A DNA stretch of 64,000 nt from the human T2T-CHM13v2.0 reference genome, Homo sapiens (GCF_009914755.1 NC_060937.1), one strand, 5' to 3'. Numbered from the stretch's first letter, positions 1 to 16,459 are shown. Numbers and translations: made by a program. Notes: a model not told the origin generated them from the letters alone.

Positions 1-1117
1 GGATGCTAAGATTAGTGGTGAATATATGTTGGGAAAGAACATTTTTGCATAATATGAAAGTATCTTCCCACAAGATAATTATAGAATAGTAACTTCAAAG
101 TGGAGATGTCAACTTAGCCAAGTGATCAAAGTTAACATTACTAATAATAAAATAAATGAACTTCATGTAACTTCTTATATGATGCACTGAGTAGGACAAA
201 ACATCAATTCTATGGTATTCTTAGACAAAATGTATAACTTTAGTCCTAATCGTGAGAAAATATCAGACTAACTGAAATTGAGGAGGGACATTTTACAAAA
301 TAACTGCCAGTATTCTTCAAAAGCATTTTAGAAAGACTGAGGAATTCGCCAGAGACATGGAGACATGTCAACTAAGTGCAATGGAGAAAATGCATTGTAT
401 CATGAACCAGAGATGGACAACAGTAGGATATATACAATAACACCCCAACATTTGAACATTAAACAAAATGCTTCAGAAAAACCCATTGGTCAAGAAAAGT
501 TTCACACACAAAAAAAATAGTTTAAACTGAAAGAAAATTTTTAAAAACTTAATAAAATGTGGGATGCAGATAAATCATTTCTTAAAGGTACATTTATAGA
601 TGTAATATATTGAAAATAAAAGGCTTCAATCAATGACCTTTAGGTTCTTTTTTAAGAGGCTAAAAAAATGAGCAAAGTATATCCAAATTAAGAAGAAGGA
701 AGATGATAAAGATAAAAATGTAAACCAACAACATAGCAAATAACAAAAGGTGGAGCTAATTAATATACCCACAAATTGGTTCTTTGAAAAAAAATTTTTT
801 AATAAACAATGGCTAGCAAGATTTATCTTGAAAAAAATTAGAGAAGCTACATAATGTAGATAATGAGAATTAAATGGAGGATGTAACTACAGAACCTACA
901 GACATCAATACAATTATGAAAACTTTAGGCCAATACATTTGACAATTAAAATAACTGGGAAATTATTTGTAAAACTAATTCTAAAAACTGATGCAAAATG
1001 AAATAGAAAAAGTAATAGCTCTCTATGTATTGAAGAATTTTTTTAATTTAAAAAGATTTCTATAATTACAGGCTACATGGTTTCTTAGGTGAATTCTATC
1101 AAACATTTAAGAAAGTA
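1..1117 (+). mobile_element. Old L1M (L1MC/L1ME-type) fragments: 3' UTR-like, then ORF2-like
   Basis: A-rich degenerate L1 motifs such as 'gacattttacaaaataactgccagtattcttcaaa', 'ttggttctttgaaaa' and 'ggtgaattctatcaaacatttaa'. L1-like sequence resumes at about 1464-2160. Confidence 0.65.
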
Positions 1118-1463
1118 CAGAGAGTCCTCAACTTACGGTGGTTTGACTTGTGCTCTTCTGACTTGATAATGGTGCTTTCATCTGTGTACATTAATGATGA
1201 GCATCAATATGACCAGTTTTTCACTATCAGTATAGTTTTCAATAAATTTCATGAGATACTCAATATTTTAAAATGGGCCTTGTGGTAGATGATTTTGCCC
1301 AATTGTAGGATAATGTAAATGTTCTGAGCAAGTTTAAGGTAGGCGAGGCTAAGTCATGATATTCAGTAGGTTAAATATATTAAATGCATTTTAGACTTAC
1401 AATATTTTCAATTTAGGATGAGTTCATTAAGACATAAGACCATTGTAAGTTGAGGAGTATCTA
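1118..1463. mobile_element. TcMar-Tigger non-autonomous element (MER47-like)
   Basis: Terminal inverted repeats 'cagagagtcctcaacttacg' and 'tgtaagttgaggagtatcta', flanked by TA, inserted into L1. Confidence 0.65.
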
Positions 1464-1507
1464 TAATATCAACCTTGAACGGACTCTTTTTAAGAAATAG
1501 AATTTAA

Positions 1508-1818
1508 GGGCTGGGCACAGTGGCTCACACCTGTAATCCCAGCACTTTGGGAGGCCAAGATGGGCAGATCACCTGGGGTCAGGAGTTTGAGACCAACCTG
1601 GCCAGCATGGAGAAACCCCCGTCTCTACTAAAAGTACAAAATTAGCAGGGCATGGTGGCGCTTGTCTGTAATCCCAGCTCCTCGGAAGCCAGAGGCAGGA
1701 GAATAGCTTGAATCTGGGAGGCAGAGGTTGCGGAGAGCCGAAATTGTGCCATTGCACTCCAGCCTGGCAACAAGAGTGAATCTCCGTCTCAAAAAAAAAA
1801 AAAAAAAAAAAAAAAAAA
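1508..1818 (+). mobile_element. Full-length Alu (AluS, Sp/Sq-like)
   Basis: Starts 'ggctgggcacagtggctcacacctgtaatcccagcac', has both arms and a long poly(A) tail. Confidence 0.95.
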
Positions 1819-3660
1819 GAATCTAAAGGGACAATTCCTATCTTATTTTATGAACCCAGTATTGCCCTGATTCCAAATCGAGACAAAGGCATTATACAAC
1901 TTTGATGTTTATTCCTCATAAACATAGACTCAAAAGTCCTTAAAACTTAATAACCAATTGAATGTAGCAGTACATAGAATGGATAATAAACTGAACAAAT
2001 TAAATTTCTAGCAAGATTGCAAGGTTAATTTATTATTTGAAAGATCAGTTTAATCAATTTTATTCAACTGGATGGTTACATCTGGCAAAACTCAGCAAAC
2101 TGTGCACTTTAAAATAGGAATATTTATTTTATGTAAATTATGTTTGAATACAATTGATTTTTTAAAAAAAAACGTTTCCCAGAGTGATCAAAGTGGAGGG
2201 CAGGGAACAGTAAACATCAGTGCTTATGTTATAGCTACTAGAAGCCTCCCAATTCCAACGACATGTTTTCAAGCAGGTCTGATCCTTCCCCTGGAGGATA
2301 CCTCTGACCCAGGTGTGCTACAAATGCATTGCCCCTAGTTGCTTCTGTCACCTTAGTGATGGAAGTGACAAGAGGGTACTGGAGAAAGAAAAGGTGTACA
2401 GGGTTCCAAATGTACTTTCTCTTTCCAAAGGACATTTGTGAAGCCAGTGGAAAGCGAACAAACAAGCTGCTAAATAAGTCACAAGTGTCTTCTCGTACAG
2501 TTTTGTGATTAACTAAATAGGACATTCAACAGATAAAGTTTGTTTTACATAGTTACTCCTCTAATAGGATGAACTTGTGGATTGTGAGATAGGGCTGATA
2601 TAACCTGTTTTCTCTCTGCCTCTTATTTTCCCCCCAAGTTTTGTGTGCAATACATTAGGAAAAATATAATTGGGCTATAAAGCTACAAAAATGGCTTCCT
2701 GGCAGTTCCATGCTTGTTTCCATGTGGTGCCTATGTTTGGCACTGTGTTCTCATTTGCACTTTCCTACTTGATTAGTTAATGTATGGACAAGCCTGATCT
2801 CTACTGTGAATTTTTACCAAGGTATTCTAGTAGAAAAATGAGTATGTAATGGTGCTGTGGAATGCTAAAGTGTGCAAAACATTAAGAATCTAAAAATATG
2901 CTCATTTCCAAGTTTTGTCCCAGAGCAACTGTGCACTCTATATCGCTACTGCTATTTAAAGTTATCCATTTGCATGTCTAAAAAATAGATTCATACTGAT
3001 TGTCCCATTTGATCTCAAAAAACTCCTGAATGTGAGAGTCGTGATCAAGGGACGCTTCATGAAATGTTCCAAAGTTAAAGTGTGCAATGAAACCAGATTT
3101 ATCATAGCTTTATTTAAAATAATTATTTCTAAAATTGTTATTGTTTAATTATAAACGGTATCCTTTCAGGATACTTGGAAGATCCATAGCAGTGTTTTTA
3201 TTTTCACAGAACAAGCATAAATTATTTATGAAATAATAACTCAGATACAGAGATTACTTCCTATTGGCCTTACATATGAATATAAATAAATACATATTAT
3301 GAACATGCACATACTTATTTTATAATTATGTAAATGTGTGTGTAATGTTATATATAAGTTCAATAAAGTCATGCTTATACATGGTTTCAATTCATGCTTC
3401 TAAAAACCACTCAATGTAGTCATTATCATAAGTTAATAAATAATCTCTGAAAATGTGCTTCTAGTAGTTGCACAATATCCCATCATAAAGATTGTCATGC
3501 TGTTTTTAAGTCATACTTTTGGGTATATAAGTTATATCTGATATTTTTCTGCTACATATATACTATTATAAATCTATTAGTAGTTGATTTTTTGTGAACA
3601 CATATGATTGTTTCCTCACAACAGTACAAGAGTTGGTTGTAACTTTATTTCCTTCCAACA

Positions 3661-5680
3661 TTTATTTTAGGTTCAGCGGGTACATGTGCAGGTTTATTAT
3701 ATGGGTAAAATGTGTGTCAATGGGATTTGGTGTACAGATTACGTAGTCATCCAGGTAGTGAGCGTAGTATCTAATAGGGAGTTTTTTGATCCTCACTCTC
3801 CCCCCCACCCTCCACCCACAGTAGACCTTGTGTCTATTGTTCCCTTCTTTGTGTCCATGTGGACTCAACGTTTAGCCCCCACTTATAAGTGAGAACATGC
3901 AGTGTTTGTTTGGTTTTCTGTTCCTGCATTAATTCACTTAGAATAGTGGTATCCAGCTCCATTCATGTTGCTGCAAAAGACATTATTTCATCCTATTTTA
4001 TAGGTGTGTAGTATTCCATGGTGTATGTACACTGCATTTTTTAAATCCAGTCTTCTGTTAACAGGCATCTAAGTTGATTCCGTGTCTTTGCTATTGTGAA
4101 TAGTGTTATAATGAAAATATGCGTGCATATGTCTATGACAGAATGATTTATATTCCTTTGGGTATATACCCAGTGATGGGATTGCTGGGTTGAATGGTAG
4201 TTCTGTTTTAAGTTATTTCAGAAATCTCCAAACTGCTTTCCACAATGGCTGAAAAAATTTACATTCTTGATGAAACTGGAGACTTCCCTGACTCCCCTTG
4301 GCAGGATGTGCAACAGGGGTGTGGCTTGTCTGGCCACCGTGTGTGCTGTCAAACCCCTTACTGGGCAGGGGAGCATGCAGACAGGCAGGTGCAATAGACA
4401 GGGCAAGTGGCCATGGTACTGTCTAGGGGTGGGTGCCTGCGACTCCCACAGCCCAAGTGGGCATGTGTTACAGTGCACTCTTTTAGCTTTGCCATCCACA
4501 GACTGCTTAAGTGTTAACCTGTTCAGTGCCCTCTTGGTACCCAGTTCCTTGTCCAGCATCCAGAAAGAATTAAGTTGCACACAGACTTGAGGATGGTGAA
4601 TGTGGGGGTTTTATTGAGTGGTGGAGGTGGCACTCAATGGGATGGATGGGGAGCTGGAAAGGGGATGGAATGGAAGATGATCTTCTCCGGGAGCTTTGCC
4701 ATCCGGAGGCTGATCTCTCCAACCACTGCCAGCCAAACTCCTCTTGGCATTCAGGTGCTCCTTCTCTTCTTTCTGCCACATCATTCTGCAATTCTGCTCT
4801 TCTGTTCATCTCCTCATCTGCTTGTCTGCTTCTGGAGCCTGGGGTCTGGGACATATACGGGTACAGGACAGGGGGTGCATGCTGAGCTGAAAGACAACTT
4901 TTGGGTGCAAAAGCAGGAATGCCTTTTCCCATTTAGGGCCATGGGTTTCCAGGCTTGTGGGCAGGGCTTTGCCAGGGAACCACTCTCTTCTACCCAGTAT
5001 TTCCCTGTCTCCTTTCTATATCACCACCAGCAGTGTATAAGCATTCCCCTTTTTCCACAAACTCGGCACCGTCTGTTTTGTTTTGATTTTTTAATAATAG
5101 CCATTCTGACCGGTGTGATATGGTATCTCATGGTTCTGATTTTCTGATGATTAGTGATGTTGAATATTTTTTCATATGGTTGTTTTCCACACATACGTTG
5201 TCTTTTGAAAAAAGAATCCACAGACGGCTTAAGTGTTAACCTGTTCAGTGCCCTCTTGGTACCCAAGTCCTTGTCCAGCATCCAGAAAGAAGTTGCACAT
5301 GGACTTGAGGATGGTGAATGTGGGGGTTCATGTTCTTTGCCTATTTGTAGTGGGTTTGCTTTTTGCTTATTGATTCTTTATACATGCTGAGTGTTAGACA
5401 TTTTTCAGATATGTAATTTGAAAATATTTTCTTCTGTTCTGTAGGGTGTTCTCTGTTGATAGTTTCTTTTGCTGTGCTGAAGCTCTTTAGTTTCATTAGG
5501 TCCCACTCCTCAATTCTTCTTGTTGCAATTGCTTTTGGAATCTTCATCATGAAATCTTTGCCAGCGTCTATGTCCAGAATGATATTTCCTAAGTTATCTT
5601 CTAGGGTTTATATAGTTTTGGGTCTTACATAAGTCCTTCATCCATCTTGAGTTGATTTTTGTATATGGTGAAAGGAAGGG
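3661..5680 (-). mobile_element. L1PB/old L1PA 3' end, interrupted by an LTR
   Basis: Typical antisense L1 3' UTR/ORF2 end ('gggtacatgtgcaggttt', 'cccacttataagtgagaacatgcag', 'tccatcttgagttgatttttgtatatggtg'). Confidence 0.9.
4268..5023 (-). mobile_element. ERV1 solo LTR, MER50-like
   Basis: TG...CA termini. The reverse complement begins TGATATAGAAAGGAGACAGGGAAATACTGGGTAGAAGAG, matching the remembered MER50 5' end. L1 continues on both sides. Confidence 0.7.
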
Positions 5681-8600
5681 AGTGTACATGCCCCTGTGAT
5701 ATTGTTCCTAATATCCAGGTTTGGAGAAGATATTATACTCAATATTGCAGGAGGTGTCGACCACCCTGAATATTACTTTTAATATCCGGGGAGAGAGGGT
5801 GATATTACTCTCAATATCATCCTCTCCCCCCACACCCTGCATAGTACAAACAATATCAAAGAGGGTCTGTGCAACACGTGCAATATTGGGAGTAATATCC
5901 TCCCCCAACATGGATATTAGAAACAGTATCACAGGAGGTTGTACACCACCTGCGATATTGGGGAGTACTATCATTTTCTTTCCCCATGGATATTTAGAAC
6001 AATATCACAAAGGCGGTGTACAACCCCTGCTATATTGGGAGAAATACTGTACTTTCCCCACCTAGATATTAGGAACTATATCACGGGGGGTTATACACCG
6101 CTGCATCATTGGGAGTAATATCATCCTTTCCCTCCCTGGATATTAGGAACAATACCTCATGGGTGTGTACACCCTGTTCCATATTGGGATTAATATTTTC
6201 TCCCTTGCTGGACATAAGGAACAATATAACGAGGGGTATACACTCCTTATGATATTGCCAGTAATATTATAGACTCTCCCCAGGGTTATTAGAAACAGTA
6301 TCAGAGAGGGGTGTACATCCCCTGCGATATTGGGAATAATATTCTTTATTTCCCTGGATATTAGGAATAATATCGCAAAGGGGTTGTATACCCCCCGTGA
6401 CATTTTAATTAATATAATCTTCCCCACTGAATATTAGGAACAAATTCCCAGGGGATTGTACACCACCTGCAATATGGACAGCTATATCATTGTCTCTCCC
6501 CCGAATATTAGGATCAATATCACACGGGGGTTGTACACCCCCTGTGATATTGGGAGTAACTTTATACCCTTTTCACATGGATATTAGGAACAATATCATA
6601 GGGTGGGTGTACACCCACTGCGATATTGGGAGTAATATCATCCTCTACCCCCTGGGTATTATGAACAATATCATGGGGAGGGGGTGTATGCCCTCTGTGA
6701 TATTGGGAGTAATATCATCCTGTCCCCTCTGGATATTGGGAATGATATTACAGCGGGGCTGTACCTTTTCTGCACTATTGGGAGTGGTATCACCCTCTCC
6801 CCCTATGGATGTTAGGAACAATATCACAAAGGGGGTGTACACATCCTGCGATATTGGGAGTAATATTGTCCACTCTTCCCCTGGATATTAGGAACAATAT
6901 CACAGGCGGAGTGTACACCACCTGCTATTTTAACTGTAATATTATTCTCTTCCAACCTGGATATTAGGAATAATATAACAGGAGGGGTGACAACCACCTG
7001 TGATATTGGGAGTAATATCATTCTCTCCCCCCATGGATATTGAGAACAATATCACAGGAGCAGTTTACACCTCCTGCGACATTTAGAGTAATATCATCCT
7101 TTTCCCCCATGGATATTAGGAACGATATCGCATGGGAAGTGTACACCCCCGCCATATTGGGAGTAATATTTTCTCCCTTGCTGGACATTAGGAACAATAT
7201 CACGGGAATGCACACCCCCTGTGATATTGCCAGTAATATCGTAGTCTCCTCCCAGGATATTAGGAACAATATCACAAGGGGGGTGTACGTGCCCTGTGAT
7301 ATTGGAAGTAATATCATCGACTCCCCCCACGGATATTAGTAACAATATCAGAAGGGGTGTACACCCCTTGCGATATTTATAGTACTATCATCCTATACCC
7401 CTTGGATATTAGGAAAAATACCACGGGGGGGTGTATACCCACTGTGATATTGGGAGTAATTTCATCCTCTACCCCTTGGATGTTAGGAGCAGTATCACAA
7501 GGGGGGTGTGCACCCTCTGTGATATTAAGAATAATACCATTCTCTCCTCCTCTGGATACTAGGAATAATATCACAGGGCTGGTGTGCACCTTTTGCATTA
7601 TTTGGAGCAATATCACCCTCTCCCCAACTTGATATTAGAGACAATATCATGGGGGGTGGCGTGTAACACCCTGCACTGTTGGGAGTAATATCATCTAGTC
7701 TTCCCCTGGATATAAGAAACAGTATCACAGAAGGGTTCTACACCTCCAGAGATTTTGGGAGTAATATCATCCTCTCCAAATCTGGATATTAAGAACAGTA
7801 TAATGGGGTGTGGGGAGTAATATGTTGGGAGTAATACAATCCTACCCCCCACTTGATATTAGGAACAATATCGCAAAACGTGTGTACACCCACTGTGATA
7901 TTTGGAGTAATATCAACATTTCCCCACCTGGTATCACGGGGAGAGTGTACACTCCTTATGATATTGGAAGTATCATTGTCTCTCACTCTCGATATTAGGA
8001 AAAATAGCACAGGATGTGTGTACACTCCCTGTGATTTTGGGAAGAACATCATACCCTTTCGTCTTTGATATTAGGAACAATATCACAGAGGGGGTGTACA
8101 ACTTCTGCGATATTGTAGTATTCTTTCTTCCCATGGATATTAGGAATGATATCCCGGGGGGCATGTTGTACACCCCCTGTGATACGGACAGTAATATCAT
8201 TGTCCTTCCCCCTACATATTAGGAACAATATCACAAGGGGAGTGTACACCCCCTGGATATTAGAAACTATCACAGGGGGGCTGTACAACCTCTTTGATAC
8301 TGTGAGTAATACCATTGTCTGCCCTCCTGGATATTAAGAACAATATTATAGGGTGGGTGTACACCCCCTGCAATATTGGGAATAATATCATCCTCTCTTC
8401 CCCGGGATATTAGGAACGGTATCACACGTGGGGTTTACACCCCCTGCAATTTTGTCAGTAATATTACTTCTGGATGTTATTGAATATATCACAGTGGGGG
8501 TGTACACCCCCTGTGATATGGGGAGTAATAGCATCCTCTTTCCCACTGGATACTACAAACAATATCACAGGTTGTGTACAACCTCCTGTGATATTGTTCA

Positions 8601-9528
8601 CAATATTTAGGTGAGGAGAGGATGATATTACTCCATATATCGCAGGGAGTGTTACATCCCCTGTAATATTGTTCATAATATTTAGAAGAGGACAGAATGA
8701 TATTACTCCCAATATAGTAAGAAGCATACACTCCCCTGTGATACTGTTCATAATTTTTTGGGGATTAGAGGATGATATTACTTCCAATATCACAGGGAGT
8801 GTACACTGGTGATATTGTTTATAATTTTCAGTGGATTAGAAGATATTATTCCGAATATCACAGGGGTTGTACATCCCCATGTGATATTGTTAATATCCAG
8901 TGGGAAAGAGGATGATATTACTCCCCATATCACGGGGGATGTAAACCCGTTTGTGGTATTGTCTCTTACATCCGGGGGGGGAGAGGATGATATTACTCTG
9001 CATATCATAGAGGGTGCACACGGCTGTAATGTTGTCCATAACATCCAGAGGGGAAGATAATATTATTCCCATGTTTCAGAAGGTGTACACACCCCTGTGA
9101 TAGTCTCTGTAACGTTTAGGGAAGAAGGGGAAGATACTACTCCAGATATCGCAGGGGGTGTACACCCCCCTGTGATACTGTTCGTAAGGTTTAGGGGGAA
9201 GAGGATGATATTACTCCCCATATCGAAGGGATTGTACATCTCCTTATATATTGTCCATAACATCCAGGGCAGGAGAGGATATTACTACTCCCCATATTGC
9301 AGGGGGTGGACACCCCCCCTGTAAATATGTCTAACATCCAGGCAGGGACAGGAGGATATTATTCCCCATAACGCAGAGAAAGTAAACCTCCTGTGATATT
9401 GTCCATAACATCCAGTGGGGAGAGGATGATATCACTCCCCATATTGCAGGGGGTGCACACTCCACTCTGATATTGGCCGTAATACCCGGAGGTGGGTGAA
9501 GTATGAAGTCACTACACATATCGCAGGG
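5681..9528. repeat. SATR1/SATR2-type satellite, ~72-76 bp unit (left part)
   Basis: Tandem copies of GGATATTAGGAACAATATCACAGGGGGTGTACACCCCCTGYGATATTGGGAGTAATATCATCCTCTCCCCC. Orientation inverts near 5810 and 8460. The array is certain; the family name is from memory. Confidence 0.85.
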
Positions 9529-9840
9529 ATTATTAGTATCAGATTGTTTGAAGGGCTCACAGTAAGGATAGTAGTAGGGCGAGTTCTAACTCAAATAGGG
9601 GAAATGTGATGGCTACTAGAAAGAATTTTATGGAGAAGGGAATGTGGGCAGAGGGTAGAGGGTCAAATCTGCATTCATAAGGGCTAGATTTTTCTATATA
9701 TATTTATTTTATACATATATATATTTTTTTTTTTCTCTCTCTCTCTCTATATATATATTAAGTTGTGGGAGCCAAAATGTAATAATTATTAGTAACAGGG
9801 CTAATAGGGTGTTGATTACTAGGATTAATGTTAGGTGAAT
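9529..9840 (-). pseudogene. NUMT: MT-ND3 pseudogene, 3'-truncated and interrupted by a microsatellite
   Basis: In the mitochondrial code the reverse complement reads ...TFWLPQLN...[12 protein letters not shown]...[13 protein letters not shown]..., with indels. Confidence 0.92.
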
Positions 9841-9901
9841 TACTGTTTTTTGGATGCTATCGAAACTTTGGAAATCATGGTACTATTTATACTAAAAGAG
9901 T
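9841..9901 (-). pseudogene. NUMT: mt-tRNA-Gly remnant
   Basis: Reverse complement ACTCTTTTAGTATAAATAGTACC...TTCCAA..., lying between COX3 and ND3 as in mtDNA. Confidence 0.85.
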
Positions 9902-10500
9902 AAGATCCTCATCAATAAATAGAAACATACAAGAATAGTCATACTACATCTACAAAGTGTCGATATCAGGCAGCAGCTTCAAAGGCAAAGTGATGACTAG
10001 ATGTAAAGTGGTATTTTAGTTGGCGGAGAAGGCAGACTGAGGAATGTTGATCCAATAATGATGTGAAGTCTGTGAAAGCCTGTAGCTATAAAAAATGTTG
10101 AGCCATAAATACCATCAGAAATAGCAAAGGGAGCTTTGAAGTATTCTGAGACTTGTAGGAGGGTGAAGTAAATACCTAATATAATTGTAATAAGTAGTGC
10201 TTGGATTGTATGTTTTTGATTATTTTTTGTTAGGCTGTGATGGGCTCAAGTAATTGAAACTCCTGATGCAAGTAATACAGATGGATTCAGGAGAGGTACT
10301 TCCAGGGTGTCAAGGGGAGAAATACCTGTTGGGGGTCAATGTCCTCCTAATTCTGGAGTAGGGGCTAGGCTAGAATGGTAGAATGCTCAAAAGAATCCAG
10401 CGAAGAGAAATATTTCTGAGATAATAAATAGGACTATCCCATATTGGAGGCCTTTTTGAACAGTCGTTGTATAGTGGCCCTGAAATGTACTTTCTCTGAT
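9902..10500 (-). pseudogene. NUMT: MT-CO3 pseudogene (5'-truncated)
   Basis: The reverse complement gives COX3 motifs ESTFQGH...VQKGL.YG, HHFAFEAAAW and HFVDVVWLFLYVSIYWWGS. Confidence 0.92.
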
Positions 10501-10800
10501 ACAGACCACCCTTGTTCAGTTGAATACAGATCAATCACTTTAAGTAAGCTAAGTCCTTACTAAATTGATGAGACTTAAACCCACGAAAACTTAACAACTA
10601 AACTCCCTAGTCAACTGGTTTGAATCTACTTCTCCAGCTGCTGGGGGAAAAAAGGTGAGAGAAGCAGGATTGAAGCTGCTTCTTTGAATTTACAATTCAA
10701 CGTGAAAATCACCTCGGGACTGGTAAAAACAGGCCTTGACCTCTGTTTTTAGATGTACAGTCTAATGCCCTACTCAGTCATTTTACCCTTTTTTCTCACT
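10501..10800. pseudogene. NUMT: WANCY cluster remnants (tRNA-Ala part, Asn, OL, Cys, Tyr)
   Basis: 'aagctaagtccttacta', 'gacttaaacccac', OL-like 'cttctccagctgct..gagaagc', 'gaagctgcttctttgaatttacaattcaa' and 'ggtaaaaacaggcc..tacagtctaatgc..ctcagtcattttacc', in mtDNA order ahead of COX1. Confidence 0.85.
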
Positions 10801-10806
10801 TCATTT

Positions 10807-11862
<1,056 letters not shown>

Positions 11863-11903
11863 GGCTTATATTATGGTTCATTCATATATTTAGAAACCTG
11901 AAA
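11863..11903 (+). pseudogene. NUMT: ~40 bp MT-CYB fragment
   Basis: ggcttatattatggttcattcatatatttagaaacctgaaa reads GLYYGSF.YLETW in the mitochondrial code, the cytochrome b GLYYGS...ETWN motif. Confidence 0.75.
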
Positions 11904-11904
11904 G

Positions 11905-12456
11905 TTTCTAAATAAATTCTAAAAAAGTTGTAAAAAAAACCCAAGCTGAAATAACTACGAAAGTGCCTTTAATATTCTGAAGACAAAATAGCTAAGATCC
12001 AAACTGGGAGTAGATACCCCGCTATGCTTAACCCTAAACTCGAATAGTTAGATCAACAAAACTGTTCGCCAGAACACTACAAGCAACAGCTTAAAACTCA
12101 AAGGACTTGGCGGTGCTTTACATCCCTCTAAAGGAGCCTGTTCTATAATCGATAAACCCCAATTTACCTCACCACCTCTTGCCCAGACTATATACCTCCA
12201 TCTTCAGCAAACCCTGGAAAGGCCACAGAGTAAGCATAAGTATCTACATAAAAACGTTAGGTCAAGGTGTAGCCCATGAGGTGGCAAGAAATAGGTACGT
12301 TTTCTACATCCAGAAAAATCTCGTGACAACCGTTATGAAATCTAAGGGCTCAAGGAGGATTTAGCAATAAATTGAGAGCAGAGTGTTTAATAGAATAAGG
12401 CCATGAAGCACGCACACACCGCCCTTCACCCTCCTCAAATATATTCTAGAAACTCA
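11905..12456 (+). pseudogene. NUMT: 12S rRNA (MT-RNR1) fragment
   Basis: Conserved 12S blocks 'aaactgggagtagataccccgctatgc', 'aaactcaaaggacttggcggtgcttta', 'gttaggtcaaggtgtagcccatgaggtggcaagaaat' and 'cacaccgcccttcaccctcctcaa'. Confidence 0.93.
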
Positions 12457-14517
<2,061 letters not shown>

Positions 14518-14519
14518 AT

Positions 14520-14920
14520 AGAACAAAGCAGGCAGAGGAAGGTGGGATAACCTTGCTAGCTGAAGCTTCTGGCTCTCTTTTTTTCTTCTTCCCATGCAGG
14601 ACACCTGATTCCCTTCTTCCTGCCCTTGGACATGAGACTCCAGGTTCTTATGTCTTTGGACTCTGGGACTTGCACCAGCGGCTTCCCCGAGGCTCTCAGG
14701 CCCTCGGCCTCAGACTGAAGACTGCACTGCGGGCTTTCCTGGTTTTGAGGCTTTTGGACTTGGACTGAGCCACTACTAGCTTCTCTCTTTCCCTACCTGG
14801 CAGACAGCCTATTGTGGGACTGCCTTCTAACCGTGTGAACCTATTCTCTCTGGTAAACTCCCTTATACATATACGTGTATCTTGTTGGATCTGTCCCTCT
14901 GGAGAACCCTAACTAATACA
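14520..14920 (+). mobile_element. ERVL MLT2-type LTR
   Basis: 'cctgcccttggacatgagactccaggttct' and the 3' end 'ctgtccctctggagaaccctaactaataca'. Confidence 0.8.
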
Positions 14921-16459
14921 TTTTGTTTATTTTTTCTCCACTGCCCTTTCCTCTGATTCTAGGCTTACCTAGACCACCACCATTCTTTCCCCCTTTCTAA
15001 AGTAAAAGTTGTTTTTTTCTCACTAAATGCATGGTATTCTGCCCATTTTCCATGGCTTCCCTCAGCCCTGCTCTGTTTATTCTTGCTATCTTAAGAGGAA
15101 ATCCCTGCCTCTTCCGTGGCTTTTCCCACTTGGTCTACTTACTGGTTTCTGTTGTTCTCAGAGACACACTGAGACCTTTCACATCTCACTGTCACTTCTT
15201 GGAAGGGCTCTCTACCTCGTCTGCCTGCTAAGCAACCTCTTGGGGAGATGTGGGCACTCCTGAGTCACTGAACTTGAGCTATTTGGTGTTGGTATGTTAA
15301 TTTATCTTCTTAGACCACTTACCACTTCCTTAACTTCAAAAGAGAAGAATAAGTATTATTTTCCATGGTCGATATGAAGAGTAGAAATAACTTATACAAA
15401 ATGCATTGCAGTTAAGTGATAATAAATGGCCGTGAATGCCCTTAATAATGTTATTCTATCAGTCTCAGCTCAGATACCATCTGCTTTGTGAGCTCTGCTC
15501 TGAATCATATCTGCTTCTTCTCTGGGTTTCTTGTGCTCTGTTCTTAACTACTTTAAAGCAGTAATTGTTCTGATTCTAATTAGTGATCCTTCCCAATAAA
15601 ATTTTAATTTCGTAGATCTCTTCGCCCCACCCCTGCCCCAGCCTAACCAGTGTTTTCTTACTTTTTTGTGTACAGGCTACATCACTGGTCTTCTTTTATT
15701 TGTGGCTAAATAAATGTTGTGTTAGAAGAGTAAAGAGTTCCCAGTTACATGGGATCTATAGTTCTACAAAATGAATATATACATAATCCATGTAAATATT
15801 TCACTTATTTTGACAAATTTTAATTTTTAAATTAAATTTAATTTGTTCATGTGTGTGAGACCAGAGTGAGAACAGAGATGGCGGCGGTGAGGGGCGGTGG
15901 TCTCACCATGTTGCCCAGGCTGGTCTTGAACTCCCCTTCAAGTGCCCCCCTCCTCACCTGGCCCCCCTCACCTTGCCTCCTCCCCTCTCACTCCTATGCC
16001 AGCCCCTGCCATTCCCCACCCCCTCTGTAGACTGCAAGACTCAACAAGTGACTTGCTGAGCAAACCCTGCTGAGAAGAGGTCTGTTTAGGGACACAGGAG
16101 GCCAAGTACACAAAAAAGCAAAAGAACTAGCATGCCTTTTTCAATGGATGTCTATTTTACAGGGCTGGCTTCAGATTATTGTTATAGCTTTAAATAAAAG
16201 GACCGTTTTGTCATCTTGGCCCATGACCTACTTATTTCTTTACTGTCCATTGCCCTGGACGCTTGACTAATAATTTAACAGCAGTTTTTTTTTAAAATTT
16301 TAAATCATGATTCATTGCATTGCTGTAAGAGTAATTAGAGGTAAAGTAGGGCTTGAAACTGCCTGTAGTTGGTTACTTACTGAGTTCTTAGCATAATTGT
16401 CAGGTGAGAGGTTGAAGTTTTAATTAGCGCTAAGTGGGATAGAAATTCAATGCACTGAA

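Noticed and set aside
1569-1757. Alu-derived ORFs (also near 12505, 19399, 43188, 50053, 54108)
   Set aside because: Standard Alu translations.
2190-2560. Non-repetitive-looking segment with two short ORFs
   Set aside because: No recognisable homology or clear exon boundaries, so I cannot support a call.
5681-9528. Palindromic repeat array resembling CRISPR
   Set aside because: Units are contiguous and degenerate, with no unique spacers and no cas genes, in a primate repeat context.
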